DNA of 64,000 nt. Source: Blastocystis sp. subtype 4 (Eukaryota). Shown here in pieces: positions 22,453 to 36,555 of the stretch. How positions within the stretch are numbered: position 1 is the stretch's first letter; each line of letters begins with the position of its first letter. Below the pieces are notes generated by a model that worked only from the letters and a program-made list of their open reading frames with translations, had not been told where the DNA came from and searched no databases. The translations under genes and the position numbers were made by a program. Location: the NCBI RefSeq assembly GCF_000743755.1, contig NW_014569544.1, forward strand, positions 1 through 64,000. The letters run 5' to 3'.

Positions 22453-25400
22453 ACATCATACCAGACTTATAGATACAATCTGCAAGAGACAACTTCACAA
22501 TATTCCTTAAATCGATCTGTTCCTTCGGTTTCATTTCATAAACACCACTTTGTAATATATTCAGGAACTCTGTCATTGTATACTGCAACGATCTGTCACC
22601 TAATGGTACAAATACGACTATCTTGCTACGCAAACATGCAATCCGGTCAATCTGTCGTCTCCAGGCTTCTTTCATCGAGCATCCCTCAATTGGATGCATT
22701 TTATTCGAACACTGACATTTTGAGTTATCTCCATGTTGTGGTGCATCTCCTACAATCAGGATTACATGACTCATATTTTCAACATCGCTTCCTTCCAATA
22801 TATCCATAGCTCGCTCCACACCCAACTGAATGTCCTCACAGTCACAATCACAGTGCAATGGTCCATCCGAACCACCTCCAAACTGAAGCTGATCTAGACT
22901 AGTTTGGATCATATCATATTCTTGCAGAATACCTGTTCCCCTACAGGCAAATCGCTCCGAATAGTCCTTGTAAGGAGAAATCTGACCCACAATGATCCGC
23001 TCTGTCACATCTTCTTCCTTCATTGCAACCTGAACACTCTTGTAGATACTCTCAACACTGTTCTTCACTGCAACAAGCTTTTTCGACATGGAGGCTGTTG
23101 TATCCACGATTACACTCACACACACACTACTTTTCAGACCCATCACTCGACGTGGCTCATGGATACGTCTCGGTACTGTTACTGTGAATGCTGTCATATC
23201 AATTCCTGACTTCGCAATAGGATTCAGCCACAACTGATCCATCCATGACTCCACATTTGTCAACCATACCATTGCATTTCCGATCCACCGTGCCGTTCCC
23301 TTGCGAGAACAAGGAAGGAAGAACTTGGACACGCCACTATCAACAATCATTCGTCCTTCATCTCCTCCCTTTGCCTCTAACAACATTAGAGTTGCATGAC
23401 CTTTATGTTCTCGTGCAAACAATGTGAAGCCAGCACTCTTGAAACTCTTTTCGTTCAATTCACTCAACGTGCTTCCTTCAGCAATTGTCTTGAGACCAAG
23501 ATCAATGCTAGATAACGATGAGAAATTGAATAAGCCTGTTTTGAGTGGACGGAAACAGCCTTTGTGATCAATACTACTTCGTTGCATCATCTCACCTCCT
23601 GGAAGTATCAAGGTTGAATCACCAACTGCAGAGAAACCATAATACTGACTGAAGAAACGATCAGCTTCGAACGAATAAGGATAATTGTCCATGCCCCAAT
23701 ATACACCTCCTCCATGCTTCTGGAAGTAACGAACAGCTTCAACGAATGCATCACACAATGCTATATCTGGATTAGCCACTGGCAATTGACCATCACCTGG
23801 AGAGCAGAATATCAGGATCACTCGAATATTCTCTTTCTGTAAGACCTCCAGAGCTGATGCATAATCATATGCATAGTAGATAGAGAATCCCTTTCCTTCA
23901 GCCTTCCCATCTGCATCTCTCGTATTACCCAACTTTCGCATGGGTGCATAATCTTCTTCACTGTTACCTTCGGTTAGTTGCTTGTATGACACACATGAAT
24001 CCTTCGGATAGTCAACACGACCCAGATACAAACACACAACCAAGAGGCCATGATCCTTAAAACCTCCATCTGCTCCCAACTCATCTCGTTTGCTACTGTA
24101 GAACTTGGAGCCACCATTCTCATCAGTAGGAGACAGAGAGTCTTGAATCCGACTTGACTGACGAGAACTTCGGCTTGAGTAGGCTCGTACAACAGCTCTT
24201 GAATGAGGGCCAGATGACACCGTTGATGTTCCTTCTTCATCATTGACTCATTCACTGCTGTCTCGGGGACAGCAAAGAGATTTCCGACTTCTGTTGGATT
24301 ATTATGTTGAACAAGAGTAGCCTGCAACTTGTGAGGATCTGCTGACCACATCATTACTGGCAACAAATCTTTGAATCCATTCAGATAACTGCCAATGCCA
24401 AAACAAATTAAGCGACCTCGGAACTCGTTTGATACAGATTGAACAGCTGCTCGTTCTGAATTATTCAACACGCCATTTGTAAACAGAAGAGCTGTTGATG
24501 GGTGGTTCCGACTATCACATAGATTACAGGCCTCTCGAAGAGTAGCAGCTAATGCTGTTGTGAGTGGCAGTGTGCCAGACACAACAGCATACAAGGCACC
24601 CACAACATTGGATTGCCATAAGGCCTCCGGGTTCACTCCTTTAGCTACACACAATACTGAGGTAGAAGCAACAAAGACATCCACAGTAGACACATCCAGT
24701 TTTGCTAAATTGAATAGGATTCCAAAGAGAGTTAACAAAGCATGATGACGATTTGTTGGACTGAAGGCTAGAGTCGAGGCATCAACCACAATACTCATCG
24801 TATAGGGACGATGTGTTGGCTGCTTCCTCATCTTCTTCATCACAAGTTTCGCTGGCAAATGTTCCTCTTCCTGTAACAAACACTTGCTGAGAGGGTCTTC
24901 CAACCCAGAAGGCACATACTTGTTCAGATCTTCTACAATGGTGCTTTTAGCACTCACAGGAGGAGCATAGCTATCTCCCACGGTTTTAGCATTGAAATAT
25001 GATTTGATTACTGCCATCTTGGATTCACGGAGGACTGGTTCATTGACAATACAATTCGCATCCAAGAACTTATCATTCAGAGTCTCCTTTAAGGATAATG
25101 CACCTTGTGCAACATACTCACTCTTTGGATCTTCAAGCTTGTAAGATGATCTTTCACTTGTCATGTCAATTAGCAATTGGACACAGTGATCCATACTCTC
25201 TGTATTCCGTAAGAAAGCTATTTGCTTCTCACCTAAATGATTCTGTAGTGCTGTTTCCAATTCTCTCTGATTTCCACTTGATAATGCTTCATCATTTTCA
25301 CCAACTATCGTAAACATGAAGAGTTTCTCCTTCCATGATGCCAGCAAATCTGTCATTTCCTCCATGTCAGCCTCATCCTTCTGATCCCACAGCAACTGCT

Positions 25401-28400
25401 CACTGAAACCATCACTGATCAATACACAAGGAACTTCATGTGTAGGACCACCATTAGCCAATAGCAGATCCAGAGGACATGAAGGAACCTTCACAACAGC
25501 TTCAACATCAAATACCAACGATACTACATCCTTCAAATCCCGTCCTTCGATCGGTACTTGGACACCCTTCATACGACCACAGGAGAGGAACAATGAACTT
25601 GTAATACCCAGTTCACGCAAAAGACACAATAAAATACTTGTAATAATGGAACGCAGACGTCGCTTTGTTCCACGCATCGTTACATTCGTATCGATAATCA
25701 CATTCAGTCGCTTGTAAGGTTGTCGCGATGCAAATGTACCTTCTGTTGTTAATGCTCTCACCAACTGCGCTGCTTTCGATGTCACAGCTTCAAATATATC
25801 TGAATCAAAACCACTCTCACCCTTCCCACGGGGAAGGAATTCCTTCACAATAGTATTATCCGTGGCTTGAGGCTTCACCTTATTCTTCTGATGACTGTTC
25901 TCCTTGATTTCCTCGTACAGTTTATTCATCTCCTGCTCTTCCAATGACCGAAGCATTTCAGCATAAGCGGACTCTTCAGCCTTCCTCTCTTCTTCCTTCT
26001 GCCATTGCTGCATTCGTTCTAACACTTCGTTAAGGAGAGTTCTTACATTCATCACTTCCTGACTTTGTTGAATCTCCTCTGGTAACTGTGTGATTGTATC
26101 ACTTACAGTCTCATAACCCTGATTTGCACGTTTGTAATCTCCTTTTTCAATTGAAGCCTCATCAAGATGCTTCTTGACTTCAATTGCATCCAGATATGCC
26201 TTCTGGAGACTCCAAAGGGCCATAGCTGCACCTTGCACATCCTCTGAAGTTGCACATTTGGAGAGATAGTTTAGACCGCTTACAAACAGACCGCGCAATT
26301 CCATATGGACCGACTCGAGTAGCCAGTCATCCTTCTCCAGCATCCAAGCCAGCTCCAACCATGCAGGATCATCCTTACTAAGTCGGAAGATGGAATCGAG
26401 CTTCTCATTCTGATCTAGCATCTTCAAGGAAGCAGAGGGACGTAGTGAAGGATCAAAAGTTGGCAATAATGACCATTTGCGAAGGAATGAGGCATTAGGA
26501 TGCGACTGCAAGCGATACACAAGACGAGATGTCGTTTGGGTTTGGACCACTAGTACAGACAGTCTCTCAATAACATATTCCAGGAAATGACCTTGAACTG
26601 CATGTTTCACACGAGTCAGAATCTCATTAAGAGTATTACGATCTAATGCAGCTGGAGTACATGTACAGACTCGTAATACAACCTCCCTTCCTCTTCGCAA
26701 ACAATCATAATCTTCAGCATCTTCGAGTCCTTCTAATAGTCGCACTAAATCATATTCCACACGCCGCTCCAATTGTAATTCTTGGACTTTGTGATGTTCT
26801 GGCTTGCTTCCAAACTCTGCTATATAGGCTTCTTCCGATCCAGTGTTCATGACTCGTAAGCAAGCAGGGACATTAGAGGCCTGGAATGGACCAAATGAAG
26901 ATGCTGGCAATGGTTCCTCACGAAGCTGACAGATGACTTGGACAGCCGATAGCGAAGCAATAGAGGAACAATAGAGAAGAAGAACTGAGGCTCGAATTAC
27001 TTCTGGAATATCTGCTAAAGAAGCAGAAGACACAGTTAGCATAACACGACAATCACTTGATGCATTCAGCACCAAAAGAGGAAGCATCGCCTTCAATGTC
27101 GATTCTGATGCATCTTGAATGTTCTCCAACAGGATCCACTGGTGGTTGGCAAAGGCATATTGATACATCGCTGATAGCTCCGATGGAAGCGTCTTCTTCG
27201 TCAACCACAGACGCTGAACTGAATGTCCCCACATAGCTGCTGTCTGTTGAATCACATACGTCTTGCCAGAGGGCGACGGTCCATACAAGAGAATGGCTCG
27301 TTGTCCATGTAGCGCTAGTGTCAGCTTAAAGGCAGTACGTGCCTCTCCTTCAGTGAATGACCATTCCTGAAAGTTCGGCTGACAGTCAACAGGAACTGAA
27401 GCATCACAATGACCTGAAAGGAGACAACGAGAACCTTCTCGTCGAATTCGCACATGGAAATCGGGATTCAAGCCCAGTAATACCTCCATCGTCCGACGGA
27501 ACAGATCATCTAAACCACACACATAAGTGAGCCAGATAGCAATCAGAGGAACGACGGCCTGTGTAGCACAGAGTTCACGAGCTCGAATTGCATGAAGTAA
27601 AGTTAGTCTACGTGAATCTTCTCCAAACATGACATAGGAAAGGTGAATAAGGTGCAACAGAGGTACCTCTTGGTCCTGTGTCCAAGTGCTACAACTCGAC
27701 AGAATACGCAGACACTCCATTCTACATTCATTCTCTGTTAGACTTGGAACTCGAAGTACCAAACAGTTCTCCTTGATGTCCTTCAGAATCGAACGATCAT
27801 TCGAACAACAACAAATCAATTCACACGAGGAAGGACATCTTGCAAGCGTCCGCGTCTGGTTCCTACGCAGATCCTCCGCCCACACATTCAGTTCATTCTG
27901 TACTGTTGCACTTCCCTGATCCACGTCTGTTAGCAACACAATCACCTTTTGACCATCCTGAGCTCGACTCCACTGAGTCTGAAGACTACCTGGCATGGTA
28001 GATCCAAACAGATCCTGTGGTGTTGTCGTAGAGTTGATAGCATAATACACAGCAAAGAACCCTCGACTCTGACAGATTGCCTGGAGAAGATCAATCACTA
28101 AGCAGGAAGAGTCTGTAATCATGAGAGAAGGAAGTCCACTCTGAATCGCAGTAAGAAGAGCTAATGAAAGGTTCACAGTGATTGGATGTCTGATAAACGA
28201 ACAACTTGCTATAAGTCCATTTACCGCTTGATCAATTTCACTTGAGAACAATTGTTGAATGAGTCCAGAGTCAATCTTCTTTTCCAGCCAAGCTTGAATC
28301 AATTCACTCTTGCATATTCCTTGTTCCCATGCCATTACCATTGCAACTGTATCCGAACATACTGACTGAAGCTTCAATGCCTTTTCCTCAACTTGCATAT

Positions 28401-31400
28401 CAGCATCTTCTGGCAATCCATGTGCTCGCTTCACTTCTTTAGATGGCTCACCACAACACATCACTATGAATCCCTTCATACTCTTCGCTTCTTCGATTGA
28501 CTCACATGTCGCAATCACATGAACTTTGTCCCACAATTCAGGACCAGAAAAGACACTCTCAAAAGCCGAGATTATTAGATCACGATGCTGTCGACAGTCC
28601 AATAGACCCATGAGTTGGTCCAATAACGTATCACTCAATGAATTCACATGTGTTAGAAGGACACTAGAACCAGCAATCAGAGACTGAATAAACAAGCCAG
28701 GCACATAGATTCTTCCATTAGTGGTCCTGAGGGCATCAAAATAACGTGATACTTCATGATCTGGAGTGATTGAATTGATAGAGGCAGTAATCCTCTCGCT
28801 GATCTCAGCTCGGTTCGTATCCCAATAACCAAATAGGTCAGATTCTTGTAATGACGCAGAACAAGAGATTGTTCGATGAATAGGCATTAGGATGGATGCC
28901 ACACGATGGGTCACCCAATCGGGTCCACACAACAGAAGAGGAATGTCAACATGTTTCCATACCGTAAGAACACATCGTCCTACAGCTTCTTTCACACATT
29001 GTTCTTCTGTCGACAAAAGTGCATAAGGAATACTAGACACCATGCTAACATGACCAATACTAATCTGTGCAAGAGATGGATCTCTGTCCGCTGGTTGGAC
29101 TTTAATAGCACCATTCATCACACTCATTCCACTTACATACTCCTCTTCTGTTAGTCTCATGTTAGCTTTCATCATCTCCATATTTCGTTTGAAGAGCTGG
29201 AGTCGTGTTGGCTCTGCAGAATAGAATGCAGCTCCAATCTCTATCGTACTCTGAGGTTGATCTTCCAGAACCAATAACTGTTTGAAGCAACGTATATCAT
29301 TCGAATTGGCTTCAGGATCATTCTCTAAAGCTTGAATGATAGGATAATAACCCCGGCTCCTCTCACTTGGACTGATCTCTTTGCATTCTGTTACACACAC
29401 ATATTCTGGCATCTGGGGAGCAGTATCTGAACACATCAACAGTACAAGACGGAATGAGTCATGAATACTGGTTTTCTCTTCAGAATGAACAATATCTGTG
29501 GCAAATGGATCCTCCAACACATCTAACTTCTCCATGAACTCTTTGGTCATGTTCTCACTTTCATAGAATATTGCCACTTGTCCATCTTTCACAGCATTAA
29601 ATAGCGGACCTGCCTTTTCTTTCCCCATCAAGTCGTCGAATTGAGTGAATGAAGAAATAGAGAAGGAGACAGACTGAATGGATGTTAGTTCATCCAACAT
29701 TCTCGAGAGAAAATCAGCCAACAGAATGCGATCACGTCCCCAGTAAACAGTGACTCGATTTGATGCAACGGCATAAAATAGATCATTCAACCGAAGATTC
29801 TCTGCTTCACTAGCTCGACTGAACTTCAATGGCTGATGTCCACGTAAAGTATATTTGATTCGTTCTTTGTTGGAATCATTCACATGATCCTTTCCAAAAG
29901 AAATAAGTCTACAATACTCACTAATCATATGCATATCCATATTCTCCATCCAACTGTCATCAAGACTAATTTCACTATAACCAGAGACACTTGTTCTCAA
30001 CATATCTTGTGATACAATCATATTCTTTTTGTTTTCCTTTGAGAGATACACTTCCACAAAGCAACTTCGAAGAATCGATGGGATTTCATCCAGAGCAGAC
30101 AATGAAGTAGTAGCTACGATGTGAACGTGTGCGATTTCTCCTGTTCCAAAGATGGGATCACGAGAAGATATCAACTCAAGCTGTTGAGAGAGCCATCGCA
30201 TAGCTTCAAGGGGTAGCCGATCCACGTTAAATAGAATACACTGACCTTCAGATTTTGCAACTTCCCCAATTAATTGACGGATCTTTGCAAATGATTCAAG
30301 ATCACTGGTACAATGAATCCATTCGACAATGTAATCATCTGGCTTACTGAAGGCCAATGCATATTTTCTTGCAACATATTCTGTCTCAGCTGCTAACAGT
30401 ACATGCAATCCAGCTTGTTTGCATTCAGAGAGACGACTACTCACATCGGTCCATTGATGACTGTCCACGGTATCTCCCTTCAAGTTAGGAGTAGGAGCAT
30501 ACAGGTGAGGATAACCAGGATGTTCTGGTAAACCAAACACAATATCGAGAGCACGAATCTCTGGTACAGCCTCCTCTAGTTTGGCTATACGTTGGATATC
30601 TCGAGGTAAGAACACACGAGATCGTTTGTACGATTCTTTAGCTCCTCTTAGCTCCTTATATGTGTTCAATAGAGTTTGTAAGAACTGTGGTTCACGAGAA
30701 GCAAAATGGCATAACATCAATTCGATCATTTCATCATCACTATAGAGAGGGAATGAACAGGGCAGTGAATGAGAATCAATAACACGGAAGAATGGCATGA
30801 AGTCCACAGGTACCACTTCTTCACCAAATTCAGTATTTTGAATAACCATGAGACGGAAATTCGGATTCATAACGATCTCTGATGGCTGTGTAATTCGTCC
30901 GTGTAACACAATTTCAAGGATTTGATGCAGAAGAGCCAAATCCACGAATTCCAACCCATCAATCACAACCACACCTCCCATCACAAAGCCATATAAGAAA
31001 ATTGATGGTAAGTTGGGATATCCTTGAGGAGGATTGAAATTAGTATTCAAAGTGACATCATGAAGGGAGAGAACGTACATAGGAATTAGTGTATTTGTGA
31101 GATACTCTGAAAGGACAGCGTGTTTGCTACTGCTAACAGAACTTTGGAAAAGGACAGGTCCAACACTCTGGAGAGCACTACTCACAGCTTCATATCGAGA
31201 GGAAAGATTCTTAGACTCTGGAAGGAACGAACGTGGAGACGATGAGAGAGTAACAGATCGATATGCATTCACGTTCAGATGTTTCCAACTTGAGGGATTT
31301 GATGATGAAGCAATAACAACATTGAGAGGATTGAAAGAAGCGTGAATAATAACAGATTCACAATCAGAGAAAACATTGTGAATATCGCCTCGGGAATCGA

Positions 31401-34400
31401 GAATCGAAATTGTACAATCTCGAACCCCATGCAAACAAAAGAAATAGATAGTGGATGGGAACTGAATGAATCCCTCATATGTTAGTGAGAATAGGGGAAA
31501 TGAGAAGGATTCATTGGATTTACTGCAGGTCATTCTAAGTTTATCAGATGTGCTTAGACCATTAAGACCTTCTGTAAGAGCACATTGCAATGAAGTATAT
31601 GTGAGAGTTCTGACTGAAGAACGAGTACCAATCACAAGCTCTGTCATTGGGAATTTAATAGCTTCTTCAAATGGAAGGGCTTTTCCATCCTTTCGGCACT
31701 CAGGCATGGTCGTTATAGTTGAATATGTGATTTGGAAATATGGAAGACTGCGAATACTCCATACAGGACCATTATCTGTTTGTACTAATATGAGGATTCC
31801 TTCATTGGAACTAAAGTGATGCTGCGTATCATATGACTCATGGCTTTGAGAGAATACGGAAACTGGAACATTCACTGTATGTTTCAACTTTTCTTGTTCG
31901 GAGAGAGGAGACATTCCTCGAACACTCCGACCATTAAGAGTAAGATTGATGGGATACTGAACACGACGAAGGAGAATTTGGCAAATGTGACGCATGTATT
32001 CAATAGCATGAAGATGAACATTTGATTCTTTGAGAGACACAGATAGATTCTGCAGTTTGATCTGAGGATGTGTCAGCATTCGTTCCATCAATTCTAATGC
32101 TCCATCCAGATCCACTGACTCCCCTATTGCTTATATCAATACACATCACAAACATGGAATTCGAAGCTTCTTTGCGAGTACTTTCACGCAACCTTTATCA
32201 TTCTCTAGATTCATAGAACATGATGGAGAAGCCTCCCCTTCTCGTAATGTCATTTCTTCAAGACCATGTAATGAAGCATTATACATCAATTGACGGAGAC
32301 CAGCCACTGTGAGATACATTGGAGAATCTAAATCACAGGTATCTTCATCTACTTACATGTCACTTCGGCTTTTGGGAGAGGTGTCGTCAGATCCTTCAAG
32401 GTTGCAGCAATTAATGGGAAAGAGAACTGCTGGTTCGCCAACTTGAATGGAGTCAGAGTTAGAGCACCTAGAGGGAACTGATAGAGTGAAACAGCCCCTT
32501 GGAGATGCGACAACACAGATACAGCAGTTATCTCTTGACCTTTTCCGTCCCAAAGTAGATATGGTGTTGAACATACCTTCCTTAGCAGTTCATTCATGGC
32601 AGTTTCGTCACGATCCGAAATCAACTCACTTTTCGAAGTACTAAATACCAGATCTGTGACAGTGACCATGAGATCTAGCTGTTTGGATGTTACCACTACA
32701 TATGGATTCCTCGACTCTCTTCATACTTCGCATTTTTGTTCCTGATGGAATCCGTAATTCCTTCAGCGTCTTCTTTAGATTGTAAGGCAATAAAGTGTGA
32801 GATTGGATTAGTCGCCAACGTGATACCTCTGTATCCTTCGCACACATATCAGCATTCTCCTCCAGATACGCCTTGATGTACTCAATAAGATATCCTTCCG
32901 TCACAAGTGCATAGTTGTGAGAATTCTTAAGAGCAGCATCACAAATACAGACATAAGGATTGGCAAGTGCATGGAGAAAGAGACGAGAGAATCGTTCTAC
33001 TCGTTTTCGTTCCCACACTATCATTGATCGATTGATTCATCCCTACCATGAACATCCAACTGTCTGTTGTCCCCACAGATTGATTTGATTGTATCTTCAT
33101 TCTTAAGGAGCGTACCACTGGATATCTGAGACATACAGAGTATGGATACATCCAGAGACTGATTTAGTGACTGTGGTCTCATTCTGATGTCTATTCCTAC
33201 CTTCACATAGGTCTCTAGAGCCAACTGAATTGTCTGGTAGTCAAACATCGAGAATCGCATATTCCCGAGGCTACATTGGCATGATACAACAACAGACACA
33301 GGTGCATCTTGAATCACGACAGTAAGATGCGCTTGATCCTTTGAAATGTCTCCTACTGTCAAAGAAAGATCACAAGGAAGTCCATTTATCCAGAGACTTT
33401 GAGGTTTAAGGGTGGAAACATCATAATTGAAGCTAGCTCCTTTGAGAAAGAGTGCAACTACATGTTGAAGTGGAAATGAACGAGGGAATAGGAAGCCTAT
33501 GATACAAGATAAACACGAAGAATGAAGAAGAGTTAGTATTTTAGGTTCTATACTGGTTTCATCATTCTGTTGGGATGCATAGTAGGAGATACGATTAACA
33601 GGATCTGATACAAAAGTCCATTGTTCGTCTCCATCTAGTATATTAGGGTATGATCGGCGTATGTCCCCTAATCATCATTCCTTTCATACAAATCGACATA
33701 GCAAGACACTTCCTGGTTGAATTCGTTCTTGTTGAAGAGTATTTGTAACTGTGAATACGTAGTTACTATCTTGCTCTCGTACACTCCACTTATTCACATC
33801 AGATTCATTCGCACATCGATCTTGTTCTCCTTCTAAATATGCTCTAAGATATTCTTGAAGGATTGCATCTTCAACCCATGTGAACGTACATTCCTTTCCA
33901 CTTCCATCTCGAATCTTCAGAGTAGGAAGTGATGGATCCACACGACAGAGTCGATGATACCGTGCAAACCGATCCTTTTCCCAAACTACGTTAATGACTC
34001 ACTTTAATCACCTACATCGCAATGTGATCTCTTCGTTTCGTCTTACATAATCTCGAAGCAATCGACCAGAATCATAATGCTTCTCACCATCTGGTGCTGA
34101 CAATTCAAATTTCCATATCGAATCAGGGATATCACAGTTCTAGGATCACATAAACACACTTATTCTTACTCGCATGAACAAATCTTGAACTTCAGATAAG
34201 GAGAAAAGGAGTGGGACATAAAAACGAAGTGAAATATTGTAATATGCTGATATGATATTCACATAACAAGAATCAGGTCGTTGTACACCTTGAATATACA
34301 ATAACACTTATCCCTACAAGACCAGTCTGATTGATCCAAGATAGCTATATCTCGAACTCGAGTATCATCAGGAATCAATACTCCATTCACAGATAACATA

Positions 34401-36242
34401 AACTGTTGGACATAATTATTCCTATACTCCTAGAATCTCATTTGAATCACACTAACTCACCTTCCAGTAAGTTAACAGTATCTGTCCAGCTGTTGTATCA
34501 TCTGTCGCGGTGATTTCCTTTGCTTGTAGACCTGAACATTGGACTTTGATAAGTACTTTCGCTCGCTTCTCCCGTTTCAGCACACTTCGATATCCCTTCT
34601 CTGACCACACTATACCTCATTCATCATACTCAATTCAACCAATCAATGTCTCGCCTACTCGTAGATTGTTCTCAGCTATTGTTCTATGATGATCCAAAAG
34701 AGTCATTCCAATTCGTCGAGTGATAAGCATATTCGAAAAATCTGAATCCTTATTAACAAAATGATGGTTTGGCTACAACCTGAATAATTTCTACCATTTC
34801 TACGCACATAAACTCGTTTAGATAATCTTGAAGACGTAGTTTAGGCGCATAACGCATTCTCCTCAGAATCTTAGCAACTGGATCTTGGAATGTCAATGAA
34901 AAATCATTCTCTGTATGCATTACTAATGCTTGATGTATCTTCAAAACATGAGTAGACCATACTATCATTCATACCTCATTCAATTGTGTACTATCAAACT
35001 TGTCTCCAATATTGTTCAGTTGAGTTGTAAGAGGGATTTCCTGATACTCATCATGCAGTGTTACTGATAGATCTGATACCCCAACTCTGTTATAGAAACT
35101 TTCAAGAATATTCTTCATTGTACTTGATGCTATCATGGGCATAACTTTTGTCTTCTTATCTCCATATACTTCAATCCTTTTCACTGCAACTGTGTTAGGA
35201 ACACCTATTCTATGAATCATTCAATAGAATCAAACAGAGAAAGTAAATAGTGTCATCATTACTCAGAGCTCCTATTGGCTGTGATTCTGATACGAGTTGG
35301 CCACTAATGGCTACTTGAAGTCCTCGAAAGCTTTGCATCATGTTATTGACTCTTCCATTGAAAAGAATCTACACTGAAAACCATGATTCAAGCCGACTTG
35401 AAGGTAACGATCCTTCACAACTCCCATCAGATCAATAGCATCAGCATCAACGGGTTTCTCATATGAGAACTCATTCTCATACCAACCAAACACTTTAATT
35501 GGTCTCTCTGATACAACAACAGATAATGCATCAGTGACTGTCCCAGAAAGAAAAGGCTGCATAACAGACATGCTTCTATCCGAACTCAGAGGAGGTTGGA
35601 CAACAGACATGGATGGTCTCGAAACTTGATGAAGATTCATAGGACTGTATGGGACTCTCGGAATAAGACTCGGATTGATTGAATCAATTACATCTTCCCT
35701 TTGATCCTGGGACGAAAAAGTATTATTCAATATCTCTGTCGCCTCTACAAATTAAACTACTGAAGAGTAAATACTTTTCGTTAACACCAGTTCCAATGAA
35801 GTAGATAATCCCTCAAATGGAATGGTCCAGGCCAGATTAAATGGTGTCCCAGAAAACAATTTCAGCTCGTAGAGTGTTTCATCTTCTCCATGAAGCAAGG
35901 TACGTGTGATTTCATTGAACAAGTCAGATCCCTTAATACCGGTAAAATAGTGGATTTCATACTTTGTATCTTCAAAATTAACGATGACTGAATCCTTCCG
36001 ATATGCATAAAATTCACTTCCAGGCGGTATCACACTAACTAATGATATTTCACGGTCAATTTGTTGTCCATCATAATAGAAAAGTAAGGAATCAAAGTAT
36101 GTTTGATACCTCTTCTATACAGATTAACAAAACTGAGAAATACTACGGGAAGACTTGATTTGAGATGACTAATCTCTGTTGACTCGTCAATATTTAGCGA
36201 ATATGACTGGCCATTGATGGTCAAAGTCACAGGAATCGACAT
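22453..36242 (-). CDS. Giant multi-exon protein (~4000+ aa): tandem ubiquitin-like modules, degenerate midasin-like AAA+ modules, several VWA domains
   Basis: ORF 32349 splices in frame to ORF 23974..32115 (VT|YSPMYL...RIP|WESVDLDG); AAA motifs ILLYGPSPSGKT, WILLENIQ, VPGLFIQSLIAGSSVLL; VWA VIVDTTASM...ILIVGDAPQHG; frame change near 24120-24220 unresolved; continuity upstream of ~33000 only partly verified. Confidence 0.65.
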
Positions 36243-36555
36243 TTTATTATCTGAACCCAAACCGTACAGTGATAAACTGAAATATGATTATCAAGATTTC
36301 ATTTGTATTTGTCTTTCTTAACAAGTGGGATTATCTTGCATTCACTGATGCATTTCTACAGAGGAAAGAATATGGCACAACTCTAAAGACAATTCTCCAG
36401 TTTTGTTATTCACTAGGAATCTCGAGTTTATCTTTGAAAGTGTGAGCTACCAACGATTTAGATGATTTTGGTACACCTAGTCCCAGAATGATAATTACAT
36501 ACACTATTCTCCTCACACAACCACTTATAATTATCTGTTTTTATCGACAACTGCT

